A stretch of DNA of 64,000 nucleotides from Ramazzottius varieornatus (GCA_001949185.1 BDGG01000013.1:627130-691129), one strand, 5' to 3'; positions 1-13,723 are shown, numbered from the stretch's first letter. The notes: generated by a model from the letters alone, not told the origin. A program made the numbers and translations.

Positions 1-46
1 CTGGATGAGCCTGTTTGGAACCGTGCAGAGTAGGTGTCGTATCATG

Positions 47-165
47 AGTGGCGCACGCTTCCAGCCACCAATAATGAAAACGTGCACCACTTCAACAAAC
101 TCGACAAGATAGTCTTCCCCAGTGGCGCACGCTTCAACCATTAATAACGAAAACGTGCGCCACTT
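47..165. repeat. Two direct copies (period 74 bp) of a ~45-bp self-complementary unit AGTGGCGCACG...CGTGC(A/G)CCACT
   Basis: 47-92 and 121-165 are near-identical. Each has inverted 11-bp arms around an AT-rich loop. Confidence 0.75.
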
Positions 166-295
166 GAGATAACGATTTTGTACGTTCATTTGTTCCGCTC
201 TCAACTAATTCTCACGGAATATTCGGTTATTTTGAATGTTCTCTCTTATAGCGGAGTGAATGTTGACGATGCAGGAAGGACCCTCCATAGAGTGA

Positions 296-1264
296 TGGCC
301 GAAAAGCGCTGGTCTCGAGAAAATCCGGCGTTTCACCAGCTTCCTTGCCTTCTTTGGAGCCCGTCCTGCCCTCGTGGCTGCCTTCGCTCTTCCGGTCGAC
401 TGCGTTCGACCTGCCCATACCTTCTCGTCTTGTGGAATCGATACAGTAGAATATAAGGAAGCCATGCAGTACGTTGAAGCCATCCTTCGACCCTTTTTCC
501 ACCGTGATGGAGGGAATATTGAGGTAAGCTCACCCCGATACTTTTACCGTGAAAAACAGTTCCGGCATTCTTCGCCATCAGAACTTCTTTCGAAACGTGG
601 TCTTGTTTACAGGTGATCAAGGCCACCTGCCTCGCATTGGGAACTCCCTTCTTCACCAACCTCATCTTTCCAGTTGACGGAGGTGCTCTCGGCAGTGAGT
701 TCCACAGCCGAAAGATCTTGGACAGCCTCCGTATCACTCTTCGAACAGAAAGAGACAGGTAAGCATCAATGCGGTCAAACATTAGTAGCTTGCGGTGGGT
801 CTTGACGGCTCGTTTCTCCGTCTTCAAGAAGCAACTCCGATCCAATCCGATGCTTGATGCGGTCGACCTCGCACTTCTCCTGTTCGGTAGCCACAAGACC
901 GCCATGGCCATTTGCACCGGCCGGAACTTCGGGCTGCAGGCCGCTCTAGGCCGTGATACCGTCATCGATATCACGGGTACGCTTCCTGAACACATACTTG
1001 TGGATAGTTCTGACGGTGCTTTGGGGACTCCCTAACTGTTTTGGTTTCGCAGGCTGGATAAACACTTATCATCCACACTGCGTGAAGAACCCGGCGGTTC
1101 ACATCAGTGTCGAAGACCTTCTTGGAGCTTTCAGCAAGCGTCTGACGTACTATCGGAAAGCAAGCTCGACAAGTGACTATGATCGATATGGGGCTGGAGC
1201 CTCTACCAGTAAGGAAAGGGATTCTCCCGTACCGTACATCGACGAGGAGGAAGGAGATCTGTAG
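296..1264 (+). CDS. Probable 3' part of a multi-exon gene or pseudogene of unknown function
   Basis: Good donors at 524 and 759 (GTAAGC) and acceptors at 612 and 1052. Open coding-like segments end ...VPYIDEEEGDL* at 1264. I could not make all exon phases consistent. Confidence 0.3.
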
Positions 1265-2935
1265 ACAGCAGTGTCGCTGTTCTCTCTGTCCGTTTGGGAA
1301 CTCCCTGCCTGTTCTGCTTCTCAGCTAGATTTCCATTGGACAACGCGTTAGCTCCGTCTGTCATTCTAGTTTGTCAGTTTGAAAACTTCGTCGTGGATGT
1401 TACGAGAACCTCGAGTGCTGCCAAAGTAAAACTACCACTCAGATCCGTGCTACCTTCGTCTCAGTCGTTAAAAGCCCCCCGCGAACGTAGGAGCTAGGAC
1501 GAACCGAAAAGCAGAAAATACTCCGTCTGTGTTGCCTAAACCGCAGCTTATTTCTGGATAGGGTCAGCCACGCAAATAATACTGCCATTTTTACTTCCGT
1601 TTAGACGAATACTGTGTTTCGTGTTGCGGTTCTTTTTACAGTAGACTCAATTTCCACTGTCAGATTGCGCGGGAAACCAAAAGTCGAAATTTTACGCACC
1701 GTTGTCCGTTCTTTGTACGAAAACTGTAGGCTGCAGCTGGTTGACGTATAGTTACCGCTCATCTAAATAAAAACGAGATCCACTTCTTAGTCCAGTTTTT
1801 TTGTCCCGCAATTCGGACAGTGTCCGAGTTACTCCACCATACCCATAAAAACGGTTCTGCTGTGGAGGACTTCAGTTTTGTAGAACTTTAACCGCGAGGG
1901 AGCGTTTTCTTGCACACGTAAAAAAATAAGAGGTTTTTTCTGTAGACAATCCTAGTTGGAGAATGGTAGTTTTTTGGAGATCCTGTCTTATGGAGAATCC
2001 TAGTTGAATTCCTTGAGATTTTCTCGAATCCCAGTTGACTGGATTGACTGATACGTGTCCTACTACTGCATTGAAATTCCGGCAACTGCACAAACGAGCG
2101 ACAATTCGCATACTACAGTAGCACAGCAGTAGCTCGTCCACCTATGACAGGTGCCCCATCTTCCGGAACGCCGAAGTGCGCGCTGTTCCAGTACATGGCA
2201 CCACGGACGTTCTTCACCCCCTATCCCGTCAACATGGTGTAAGTTGCGTATCTTAGTTTAATTTGCAGTCCGAGGTACGAAATTTTATTCACATCTGATG
2301 CCCTATTTCTGGTGACCGTTTTGTGACCACCAAATTGTGACACAGGTACTCGTCAAAATGGTCAAGATGGATTTAGAAACCTCACGATCCAGGGAACCAA
2401 ACTACGTCGTGCGGGTATGTTTCTCGTTATATGCACTACATACTGTAGGAGCGGTCTGTTTGGTCTGGTTCGTTTTCTCGCTCAACTCTGCACGATTTTA
2501 GCTTTACTTGTCCAACTCTTTTTGTAGGACTACATCCTACTCCAATTCTCTTTTCTTTGGCGAATTTTTCCAGTCGTTCACCAGAATAAACCGCAGAGAC
2601 GGGCTGATGCTGCAAGGTGGAAATCGCGCAAAACCTGCTACGTACTGCGCGTAGCAAAATAAAGTTTCTAAGTGACGATACCAATAACATGACTGCATCT
2701 TCCGGTTGAGAGCTCGAAGTTATCACTTTCTTCGGAATTGCTCGATCTTATTGTAGATATGTTCCTGTGATCCAAATGATGATGCAGCCACGCAATCCCC
2801 AGATGGTGAATTGTCGATGCTGCGGAAGGCAATATGGTCATTGGTCCATTGGTATCCACGAGCCCCAGTGCCAGAAGGTGCTTCAGCGCCCAGAACGACA
2901 AAATGTTTTTTACATCATTCCCGACTAGTTGAGTC

Positions 2936-3638
2936 ATGGGCTTATCCTTCCAGAAAAATCAGCAAGAGCAAGCCAACAACAGGCTAGCTGTCCGGCGGTC
3001 ACAGAACCTAAGCCGGGTCAGTGTAACGCCACTTGGCCACGGTTCGGATGAATCCGCCTTCGACAACCAGGTGGTCCCAACTCACCTAAATCGATCCAAT
3101 AATGAAATACAACGCCACAACGACATGCCTTTCCGGCCGAACAACCAGCAGATGCAACGACGCAGTCCACGAGATGTTCAGGGTCGTCCGCCCTTCGACA
3201 GCAACCCTCAACCCAACGATGATATCCTCGGTCATGTCCGTATCAGCTACATCAACGGCACAGAGTTCGGCTCGGACACGTATGCCATCCCACGACCACC
3301 GCGACCGCCACCTCGGGCACATGGACAGCCAGGAAGAGGGCAGTCGCACGATATGAGTACCTTGTTGGAAAATATGCCTCGCACCGTCATTCGAAGTACA
3401 GTACTCCGCCTTTCGCATGTTTATTCAGTGATGCTCGGGAAACAACATGGTAATGAGTTCTTGTTTTACGGGACAAGGTTGTCCTAGGCCAACGGAAGAA
3501 GAACTGAACGAACTGGCGTACCAAAGGTTCAAGCAGAATCTTGTACCCTGTAGGAACTGTGGAAGAACCTTCCTGCCCGATCGACTGCAAGTGCACGCTC
3601 GGGGTTGCGGTGGAAGTAATCAAGGGTTTCACAACTGA
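2936..3638 (+). CDS. ZNF474/ZC2HC1-like C2HC zinc-finger protein (upstream exons around 2140-2415 possible)
   Basis: Last exon encodes NELAYQRFKQNLVPCRNCGRTFLPDRLQVHARGC, a zf-C2HC_2 finger of ZNF474 type. The preceding exon (acceptor at 2953) is disordered and carries a degenerate finger. Confidence 0.7.
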
Positions 3639-6000
3639 ATCAGGCACACTGCCTCTTCACTTTTATCTTTGATATCGCTTCAACCCTATGCTACTTTCGG
3701 AGATTTTTTGCGTTGATCGTGATTAATTGTTTCTCCGGCCAATATATTTCTAACTTTTCCGCGCTTGGTGGAACTTTTGATGCTGGATGGATTGATTCCA
3801 TCTGCAAAACGGCTGAAAAGACTAAATACCTTGAAACCCTCAACCAGGCATGGTGCGACAGCCACTTTTCGGTCTTTTGTGAAATCCGAGCCGGAAGAGC
3901 AGAAATATGAAAACGTCGACTAGATCAACTACTATGTAATAACTGACAGTCCTGCGTTCCCGGCTTAGATTTATAGCGAACCGATCTAGACCGATCTGGA
4001 ATCAGATTTCTAGATTTTTAAGTATTTGGTATGCCGGCTCAAAGTCAAAATACACCTGGTGAAACTGTTCAGCAAATGCGGCTACTGATTCGAGCGAAAT
4101 TCAATTGTTTTCTCGAACTTTCGTTCCAGCTAGGTGCTCAATAGGAAAACTGCCAATCTAGCAGAACAAAATTCGCGCAGTATGTTTATGCTGTCTCTCG
4201 GTTATGCGGGTACCCGGGAAGTACTGGAGCTCGTTCGTTTGGTCAGGCTGATATTCGCCAAAGTATGGCAAAGCTTTCGGGGAGTATCGAGCCCACCGTT
4301 AACTGTCTACGGTATGTGAACCTGGGGAACGTACGGTCTGCTGGGAAACCATTTGCCCTAAAAACGCTAGATCAACCAAACACAGGTGAAGTTCGAGTTG
4401 GTCTGAACCACCAAGTTTCAAATGGTAGACGGAACTGGGACCAACTTTGTCAAGTTCTTCGCTTGTGACTAGCGAAAAAAGCACCACAGGACGATTCATG
4501 CGGCAGCGCACCGAGAGGTTCAGAATGGAGCTGCCTAAATTATTTGCTAGTATGCTAGACGTTGGGCTTCATTATGTAAACATTCAGGCGACGTAAAAAT
4601 TGCAAGAAAAAATCAACATTCGTACCGCTAGACAGAAAACTAAAATACTATCCACGTTGGGAACAGCTAAAAAAACATTGTTGAGTTTTGAGCAAAGTTT
4701 TGAACTGATTCGGACTGAAATTTGGCGAATGCAAGAGCGTACAGTGAAATTAGATGGATAGCAGTATTTATAAATTGGCATCTATGGTTCTATAGAGAAT
4801 ACCGTCTCCTTAGTGTCCTTTGTCGTTCCTTCTGGTCTAGATTCAACTGCTAGGTCGCATAATTGTTTTGCTGTTCAGGAGAATGCAGCTTCAAGACCTA
4901 CTTGACTGAATAATTTTTTTTGGCCTGCTCATGCTTCATAATCAAAGTCGGGTTTATCCGAACCCAATTGTTAAAAAGTTTTGCTGTGCACCTTAGCTCC
5001 CGATGCACTTCCATAGATCGTTCGCAGAGGGCAGTACAGTTGGTTTCGTGCTGCATCTTCTATCTGTCACTAGAGCGCTGTCTGTCTTGTGATAAAATTC
5101 AACTGGGCCCAACGGCGCGTGACTGCAGTTGTGGTGTTATCCGAACATGACAGTTTGCTAAGTTATGTCGACAACAATTTATGAAAGACTTCCAGCCATC
5201 AAGCGATAAGAATAGATATGCTTATGAGTATGACAACGAAAACTGCGCTGTTAACGCGTGGTACGCTGGTAACCATTGTTTTGCTGTTTCAAGTCAACGC
5301 GGTAGTACATATCTTGAAGAAGATACCCATTTGACAATACATTTGTGAAGGAGATTGACGGACAGCATGTAAGTAATTTGAGTGAGAACGAGCTACTATA
5401 CTAAAGTGAGTTTGCCACCTAGACTTGTTCTGAGAGGTCTTGAGGACAAGTGCCGAATCGCCGACCTTTTCCCATCTTAAATTCGTTAACAGACGGGGTT
5501 ATAGCATTTCTGCTTCCAAGGCTCAGCTTGCCGACGCTTGTTACCATGCCCATGGATTTTTCGACGAGCGCTTCGTGATATTTTTTGCCTTGGCAGTGCG
5601 TTCTGGAGAGAAAGTCTACGGTCATGTTGTATGTGAGTCAACCAGTATTTTAAGAGAGCTTTTCTGATGCATCCAGCATATATTATGTAATCGAGATGAT
5701 AAGTCAGATCTCCTCAATTTTCGTAAATGTAGGAAAAGTGTGGTCTTTTTTCAAGTCGTTGTGCATGGGAGCTGGTATGTGTAGCTGGGCCTGAAGAAAC
5801 GAGAAACTTCACGAGAGTACAGAGATTAAGCTGCCACCCCGGTTCATTTTGCAGCTGTGGCTAAGGCTTGCGCCGCCCCTTCCATGACGATGACAATCCG
5901 CTTATGCGTGACGTTACAGCTCATTTTCGCTATAGTCGGACTTTCATCCGGCGATGGCAACTTAATCTCTGTAGTCTGTACTCTCTCTATGCAACGACGG

Positions 6001-6113
6001 TACTGCTACCTAGCTAACGCTCTCAAGCGATGAAAGTACGTTGCGTGGGTTTTCAGCTTAACGGCAGTGGCTGTTACTTGACTGAAGGTAGGCAGCTACA
6101 GCGTACGCCAATG
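6001..6113 (+). repeat. Dispersed ~110-bp repeat (second copy ~46013-46131)
   Basis: The core TCAGCTTAACGGC(A/G)GTGGCTGTTA(C/G)TTGACTGAAGGTAGGCAGCTAC..TACGCCAAT is shared by both loci. Confidence 0.7.
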
Positions 6114-6272
6114 TGGTCTCCCAGAACTGGGTGGAGTTTTTGGGCGGGGTCTCCTTGCATGGCGAAAATAAAAAGCTGATTGTAGTCAGGAAATCAGCAG
6201 GCTACAACTGTCAATGTTCGATTGGTCAACCTCACCCAGACCAACGGACAGAGTAGGGTGACTATATTGGCG
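6106..6272. mobile_element. Possible small degenerate TA-flanked MITE
   Basis: Imperfect inverted ends CGCCAATGTGGTCTCCC / GGGTGACTATATTGGCG, with TA on both sides. Confidence 0.4.
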
Positions 6273-9200
6273 TACACTGTACGTTCGACTTTGATTCTAA
6301 CACCAATTAGTACAGTTAACTTGACTTTGCTATTCTGGACGGGTTAGATCTTCTCGCAAACAATACATGGCCTAGTTCGTTGAAATAAGGACCAAAAATT
6401 ACCGCACCCACCGTCTCCAAAACAGAAACCTTTACTGATAACATTGTGTAGCATTGTTGGTACGACGGGATCTGGGTATTTAGCACACAGCAAAACAAAA
6501 ATAGAGCCGCGGCTAGTCAGCCACTGCGTTTCCAAACCGGAACAAAATACAGCCGACGAAATAGATCCAATACATGACTTTTAGAATCATTCTGCTTTCT
6601 CGGAGCACAGCAGTCCACTGGAAGGAAGACAAGTTTAAGACCCCGACAGAAAGCCGAACAAATCCTGCAATGCTCAAACCTAACGCCCTACAAATGAGCG
6701 AAACCCGAGGTCTAATGGCTGTCCACTGCTCTGTCCATTCCACCATGCTTGCGCTACAGATACCCAAGTCTTTAGCCAACAAGAACACATCGACAATCAG
6801 CATCAAGTTGGAGAGCCATTTCTTCGCCAGCTTGCCCGCTTCTTCGAGCGTGTAATTCTTCCCCAACTTCGGCGTCCTGGTACTGAGTCCAATACCATTC
6901 TACGAGTAAAAGCAGGGTGAAGGTACAGTGTGTGTTAACTTGTTTGGTGCTGATGCCATTTAAAGCTGATGCCATTTTTCCCGTTCGAGCAATCAACCTT
7001 CCAGACTAGTACTAGAAAGTCTCTGGTTATAGTTAGGGAGTGCGAGGATCCACGTTTCTGATCTTTGGTGGAGCCCGATATTTAACAACTTTGAAGGGTA
7101 GTTCTTAGTGCTTCTGAGCCACAAACCCGACTGGTGTTAGAAATTGGTGAGCAGTGACCAATACTATCAATCAAACTGACGAGAAACCAAAGTGTCTTCC
7201 AGTATTGGAAATTCGTTTCTACCGCTGCCACGTATCTTTACGGCTGGTGGCCAGCCGGGTCGCGGGCAGCCAAGCATTCCAAAGATTACAACACTTGTGT
7301 TATCGTAAAGACGCTGCCTTATTACCTCTTAATTGCAATCGAAGTTTTACGGCATTATTGGTCGGGTCGCGTTTGCAATATGCAGGAACCGAGGGTAATA
7401 CCTGATTATCTGGCGATACCGCGAGGTCAGATGGAGTTTCTTCCCTTCCGTCGCCGAGTCCGGTCATTGTGATGCTCCCCATTTCGATCGGTTGTCGTCG
7501 GTTTCTGCAAAAATAACGGCGTCACATTGTGAGAGCCCACTGCAGGATGTGACTCGAAATTACCTTCAAAAGCGGGGATAGCGGGCAGGTGTCGAAAAGC
7601 GTAGTATGAGCACAATAATAACTCAGCCACTGCATGTCCGATGAGTATATTCCTGGCACCATTTATACGACCTCATTCGCTTCAGTGTACCGTGGGAGGA
7701 GTTCTACAGGTTTCGGCGATGGTTTATGGTATCTCCAGATCCAACTTTTCACGATAGCTCGTCGGTTCGTCCGTTGCTTTTTGTTTGCTAAGTCCACTCG
7801 TTCGAAATGTACTCCTTCTTTTTTGATTTTAAAATGAGTTGATCAGGAAAGTCACCAAGACTGCCCGCCATGCCCCGAAACAGTGGGTCAGCTGTGACTT
7901 GATTACTTGATCAATCAAACATTAGCATGATGTAATGTATGTGTTATGTGATTCGGCAACGCGCTTGGCATGCTTTATGTTGGACATATGGCAGGCCGAA
8001 AACTGAAATCGAAAAATAAGGAGTACATTTCGAACGAGCGGACTGTACACGTTTTACCTCATACAGCTTACCAGAACACGACCTAGTTGCCGCAGTCGGG
8101 GGCAGATTGGACTGCACGGACAAACCTTGGGCACATGACTCCCTCTTCTCGCGAACCGCTTAGGTGAGCCAGTGTCAACGAGCAAACCTTCCCGGACAAA
8201 ACAACTTGTCTTATCGAAGCTGCTCCCGAAAGAGAATTTAAACAAGGCTCAACTATGACCTCAGCGCTACCAGATTCAGTGCAGCGGTGTACTTGATTGA
8301 GAATCCGTAGGAAAAGACATATTTCCTCATTAACGGTCGTCGCTTTCGATCTTCCAGTTTTTGAGGGCTGTATTCCCGAAAGGCATTTGATGCGCTGACG
8401 CTTTTGTTGGTCGTTGTCTCAGTTATGCAAAATTTTGTCCGAGTTAAACGTCATCTCAATGTTCCCAGTGACCCCCCCCCCAAATCTGGAAAGATGGGGA
8501 ATCCAAACTGTTTGACATCGCGGGTGGTCAAATGAATTTCGTAAAACCGCGCTTCTTTCGTTCAGATACCGAGGTAACGATAACGGTTAGGCGCGATAAG
8601 GTCCGCCGAGGAAGGTGTAGTACCGGTTGGCGCCCACTAATTGTCACAAAACTTTATCTTTCCTCACCCTCCAGGGCACTGCGCATAACCGACTTATGAC
8701 ACACCGTTCGATGGTGAAAAACATTGTTCTATCAAGGGAGCAGTTTCGAGAGGCAAAAGTTGATCACGTTATTTCCTGATGCTAAAACCAGAACATGGTC
8801 TCCACTTGTCGTACTTTTAGGATTTTCCGTTCTGTATAGTGTGAACGGCTACTTGCAAGATTCTCTTCAGCTTGCGTGATGGGTAGGCCTCGAAAGGCCG
8901 TACGTTCGCCTACCGTGTGCAACAAAAGTTGGCTCAAATTCACTTGATGGTACACAAAAAAATTATAACCTGCGACAGGTAGATTTCTTCAAAAGGAAAC
9001 TTTTTACGGTCAAGAAAACATTCTATTTTTCCATTGCGCCTTGCGAATCGTCAGGCAGAAAACGTCAGTTATCTTCCGATAGAAAAGTATTTGGTACTGT
9101 CTTTAGTGATGGATGAACGGTTATTTGCTCTTTGTTCCCAGGAGGGTCTTTGAGCTTTCGTTATATTCACAAGACTTGCGCCACTGAAAATTAAGGCTGA

Positions 9201-9999
9201 TGCTTTCTAACAATACGAACTCCTGTCAAACTTTGACTTCTATACTTCAGAAACCAGCCAACTGATTTGTCGAAAACCTACTGTAGAATTGGCGAATTTT
9301 GGAGAAACAGCTTTGTTGAGGAAACGGAAATTTTTCCTCCAAAAAAGCCATCTTGCGAAATAATGCCAAAAAGCATTGTGAATCCGGCTACTTTCGAAAT
9401 AGTTCTTTCCTTCGATGAAGAGCCAATATTTCAACTGGCACTTCCCTCACCACGATAAATTGATGTTTGGCCTGTTCACCGTAACCAAAGCGGAAGTCAC
9501 TTCTCAGGTCATGGATTTGATGGTAGGGTGAAAAGTTAATGAGGCTGCGCCACGCGGTATCATGTAAGGGAGCTCACGACCTAGAATACTACTCCGTTTC
9601 GGCTGAGTGCATCCTTTCAGTTGCGAAGGTATGAACGGTCCCTTCGTTTTATTCGTATTTTCCTACAGTTTTTTTACTGCGTATTTATATTTGAGTCCTG
9701 TTTTATAGAAGGGTGTATTCTTGGGTTATTTCTAAATGTTCAGGACGAATTGTTTTCGGTTCTGACCCCGGGTGTGTGTCCGAGGGTCTCTGGGTAGTTC
9801 GATAGACCAACTCATGTGCTGCGTAGAGTATGTTAGGAGAGTGGTCTTTGACCGCTGGTCTGGGAGAGAGGCAGCCAGAAGCTAGGGGTCTAAAAATATG
9901 AGATTACCATAATTACATGACAAAACTGGGCAAAATCAACTGTACCAGAATTCAGCAACCACAGCACCGAGATTTTGCGAAAGTAGGACGTTTGTAGTA

Positions 10000-10879
10000 C
10001 ACTGACTTTCAATATTGAGTGACCCCCCCCCCATACTCCCACTAGAAAATTGATATCTCCACTTCCCTTCCACCGAATTCGATGATTACAGCATTGTCAT
10101 GAAGAACGATGTTTGGTCTTCAAGATCACGTGGCTTTCAGTTCCGGCCATCAATAAATCAATTGTTGGAACTTGGTCGGCATAGCTGCGAAAACTGCCCA
10201 GTTTTCGATGCACTGCTGCCCGGTCAGACCCTGCCCGAAAGAAACCTCCGTACTGTCAGAAAGTAGGGCATACATCAAGCTCCCGAATGACCATACGTAA
10301 GGATTTTTTGACGCTCTGTGAGAAAAATTTCGCTAAGGGAATACCCTGACACTTTTCACGCGAAATATTCCAGTTTTGAAGTTTTCTCTCAGAAATGCTC
10401 TGTTGTTAAGGCCAGAACGGTTTGAGATGAGGAGCCGTGACTGTTTTATGGGTTTGCAAATAGGGAGAATGATGTTTTCGTATAGATATACGAGAAACGG
10501 GCCACCTGAAGTATTTGCAGCCGAAAATCACCACCGTTACTTCCCTGTTGGTTTATTAGCGCAACTTTCTCACAGACCGTCTAAAAAATGGTCATTCGGG
10601 AGCTCGATATGTGCCCTACTTTCTGACAGTACGGAGGTTTCTCTCGGGCAGGGTCTGACGGGGCAGCAGTGCATCGAGAACTGGGCAGTTTTCGCAGTTA
10701 TGCCGACCAAGTTCCAACAACTGATTTATTGATGGCCGGAACTGAAAGCCACGCGATCTTGAAGACTGAATATCTTTCTTCATAACAGTCCTGGAATCAT
10801 CGAAATCGGTGGAAGGGAAGTGGAGATATCAATTTTCCAGTAGGTGTATAGGGGGGTGACTCAATATTGGGAGTCAGTG
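10000..10879. mobile_element. Non-autonomous Tc1/mariner-type foldback element, ~295-bp TIRs, TA TSD
   Basis: 10000-~10294 is the reverse complement of ~10589-10879 with scattered mismatches. Ends are TA|CACTGAC...GTCAGTG|TA. Confidence 0.9.
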
Positions 10880-11416
10880 TAAATATGCAAAGTTTCATCC
10901 AAACGAAGCGAATACCCACCACGAAACACTAATTATACATTATAAGGCTATCGAACATTAGGCTGGGGGCTTTTTAATTACCTATGGATGTTCCGGAGGG
11001 GAAGAAACTTCAAAGCAATTTCCCCAAGTTCCTATCGCCGCCCATGGTCGCCCAATTTAACTGGAGATACAGCTCGTCGAGCTCTACAAGCTCATGACAA
11101 AATCGATTTTTTCCGGATCATTTCAAGTATATACCCTTCTATAAAACAGGCCACATTTTCACTATAATCAAGACTTGGCCTCAGGCGGCTTTAACTTGAT
11201 GGTTTGGTCAGACAGACTTCGCTAATTACCGTATGTTCTCGTTTACTGTATACACGCGTCGTTGGTGAGTGCGAGTGAGCAAATCTCCAGTTTAGGCCAA
11301 ATTGTTTCCTAGGTGGCAAACAGAAGGCAGTCTCTGAACCGGAATTTTGTCGTGGTGTTTCTCACTCTAGCAGTCCAGCTGATATCAAGTGCCTATCAAC
11401 CTGCGCGACACGAACA

Positions 11417-11824
11417 ATGTGACAAATTTCTGTGCTTATCGCAAGCCGTTGTTCATCGTTTGCTGATGGAAATATGCACAACGCAACGACAGATTCACAA
11501 ATGTCTGCAGACCGTAAGTAAATATCGTCATTTCACGCCGAAACATCACAGCAAAGACCTTCTTCCCGGTCGTTCAAATGTTACAAATCAATAAAAGAGC
11601 TAGACTACACTCCAGATATTCTTATGAGAAGTATTCCTCCGTTCCTTACAGAGCTATCGACTTGGGAAGCAGTCGGAGTTTCCGTCGGTCTGTTGGCTGG
11701 TATGACGCTCATTAGCTTCGTCATATCCTACTTCAGCGTCCATTCCTGCCACAAATGTGTTGCGACAGTCGCACTGACTGTTGCCCACCCTCAACGGACC
11801 CAGGACCCATCAGCCGGACCTTAA
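11417..11824 (+). pseudogene. Small type-I membrane protein, array member 1 (probably decaying)
   Basis: The TM exon starts at 11652 in phase 1 (WEAVGVSVGLLAGMTLISFVISYF). The phase-compatible upstream frame has ATG at 11417 followed immediately by TGA. Confidence 0.45.
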
Positions 11825-12120
11825 TGGCATACTATCCCACTTTCCAGCCCGCACAGCAATGACCATGTAAGCTGCGAAGTAGTTTCCATGACTTCTCTCG
11901 ATTACCGCATTTCGAATTCTTTGCTGACCAGCGGCCACGCTGTACTAGCCTCTTTCTGTACTATTTCACCCTGGAAGATCCACCGTTGATTAATTTTTAT
12001 TTATGCGCATACTCCAGACTTGTAATAAGACCAATGTGCCGTAAGTTGACTGGTCCACCTTATCATCTGCTGGAAAAAGCCCAGACTCCAACCAGTTGAG
12101 TTGTGTTTTGTCCATTACAG

Positions 12121-12781
12121 TCGGCTGTGCAGGATCAGGCGGAGATGCTGCATATGGACTTGAAATCAGAGACAAGGATCAAGCATGGTTCGAAGAACAG
12201 GGAGCGCCAGCCAAAAATCACAGTAAGTTTCGACACGCTTTTGTGACTGTTGACTGTGATGCAGTATACCCACTTCCGGTCGTCCGGAAAGATGTCGATT
12301 GCTCGCCGGCTTAAGAATATAAGTATTCACAATCCTCAAACAATCCTTCATGGTTGATGTATGGCAGAGTTGACATCGCTTGTCTTCAGATGGACCGGCA
12401 CCGATTGCGTCCATCTCCATCATATTCGGCAGTTTGTTGGGAGTTGCCATCGTAGCCGGTGTCATCGCTTTTTCTTGCATATTCCACAAGAATTACAAAA
12501 AGAAGCGCTTCCTGAACCAACATGCTGGAGCCACTCGAGCTTCGCCTTCACATACCATCATTGGCTTCCTAGCACATCGCACCCAGCAGAATCCCGGCCA
12601 TGCACATCCCACTACAGCTGGAGCGCCTCCCGGACCACCGAAAATCCTAATAGATGTTCCGTCTTCGACAACAGAACCTCCTCCTCCTATGCCGCCCGAA
12701 CTGAAACCCACTCCATCCACCCACAAACTCCACCCAACGCTACCCATACGGCATGTACCAATAAGTCGGAGGCACAGCTAG
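12121..12781 (+). CDS. Small type-I membrane protein with Pro-rich tail, array member 2 (5' end unresolved)
   Basis: Exon 12121-12222, phase-1 intron 12223-12389, then TM SIIFGSLLGVAIVAGVIAFSCIF, basic KKKR and a PPPPMPP tail. Confidence 0.65.
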
Positions 12782-13159
12782 CAGTAATAAATCAACTGAA
12801 TGTTTACTGAGTGCTTCTTTTCCCTTCGGCCTGTCTTCGTATAGGTAACCTCTTGACAGGAACCATGACTACCATCTAGAATTATCTTGAACTTTTGATC
12901 TCTATCTTCCCTTCTTGAGGTAGTCTTGACGGTCATCCCAACACGACCGCTGGGTGAACCTGCGCGTGTGTCATTTACCCGCGGAGGCTCCCCGGTGTCA
13001 GTAATAAATTGAAGACACTAGTGTAGTATCATTGATCTCAGTTGCCACTGTTCAGGATTTGATGTGGAAGTAGGGTAAGGGTTGCATCGTGGTAGAATCG
13101 AAGAAATCTCAGCAGAGTAGTACGGCGTGCTTTTGTTTCCTTTGCGAACATACGCGGAT

Positions 13160-13612
13160 ATGAAAAACTATTTTCCGCATTTATTATCTTTGTTTGCTGT
13201 ACTCGCGTTGACTTACGGCATCGTACCTGGCGGGACCTACAGTAATATCCGCTACAAGTGCTGGAATAATAATTGCGACCACCGCCCGTTTTCAGATCGT
13301 TATCCGGAAACACATGTTTCTTCTCCAATACCTTGGGACAGTTTTGAAGGTAAACAATTACCCTCTGTTGTTGCAGATGGAGATAGAAGGGGCATGTTTA
13401 TCGGAATAGGTTGTGCCATATCGCTTATCGTTACGATCCTTGTCCTAAATTATTGCGGGAAACGAAGGCGCAGCAAGCTGGCCCTGCACAACGGCGGGGT
13501 TCCAGGCGGCACCGCCGTGTATCCAGGTGGCGTCATACACCAATCAGCATCTCCTAACCTGGCGCACCCAGCACAAGTTCTCACCGATGTAAACGCAAAT
13601 GCACCAAGATAG
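13160..13612 (+). CDS. Small type-I membrane protein, array member 3
   Basis: Signal peptide MKNYFPHLLSLFAVLALTYG. Probable phase-1 intron 13242-13376. TM GMFIGIGCAISLIVTILVLNYC, then KRRR and an HNGG...YPGG tail. Confidence 0.7.
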   Translation: MKNYFPHLLSLFAVLALTYGIVPGGTYSNIRYKCWNNNCDHRPFSDRYPETHVSSPIPWDSFEGKQLPSVVADGDRRGMFIGIGCAISLIVTILVLNYCGKRRRSKLALHNGGVPGGTAVYPGGVIHQSASPNLAHPAQVLTDVNANAPR

Positions 13613-13723
13613 TCCAAGAGACCATCCGCTTCGCACTATGTTTATACCTGCGGAATGGACGTGATGGTGTCACCCAGATTTTCCCTTCACATGCATCGAC
13701 AGCTTCTTAGACACTATAAAATA

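Noticed and set aside
47-165. CRISPR-like repeat-spacer-repeat
   Set aside because: Only two units, an animal genome context, and no cas genes.
333-995. 220-aa - strand ORF
   Set aside because: No recognisable motifs; splice signals favour the + strand.
5224-5800. Signal-peptide-like start with splice sites
   Set aside because: Early stop and no consistent frame or motif; cannot support a gene call.
8623-9557. Old TA-flanked element (TACCG..TGGCGC ends)
   Set aside because: Inverted similarity is too short and degenerate.
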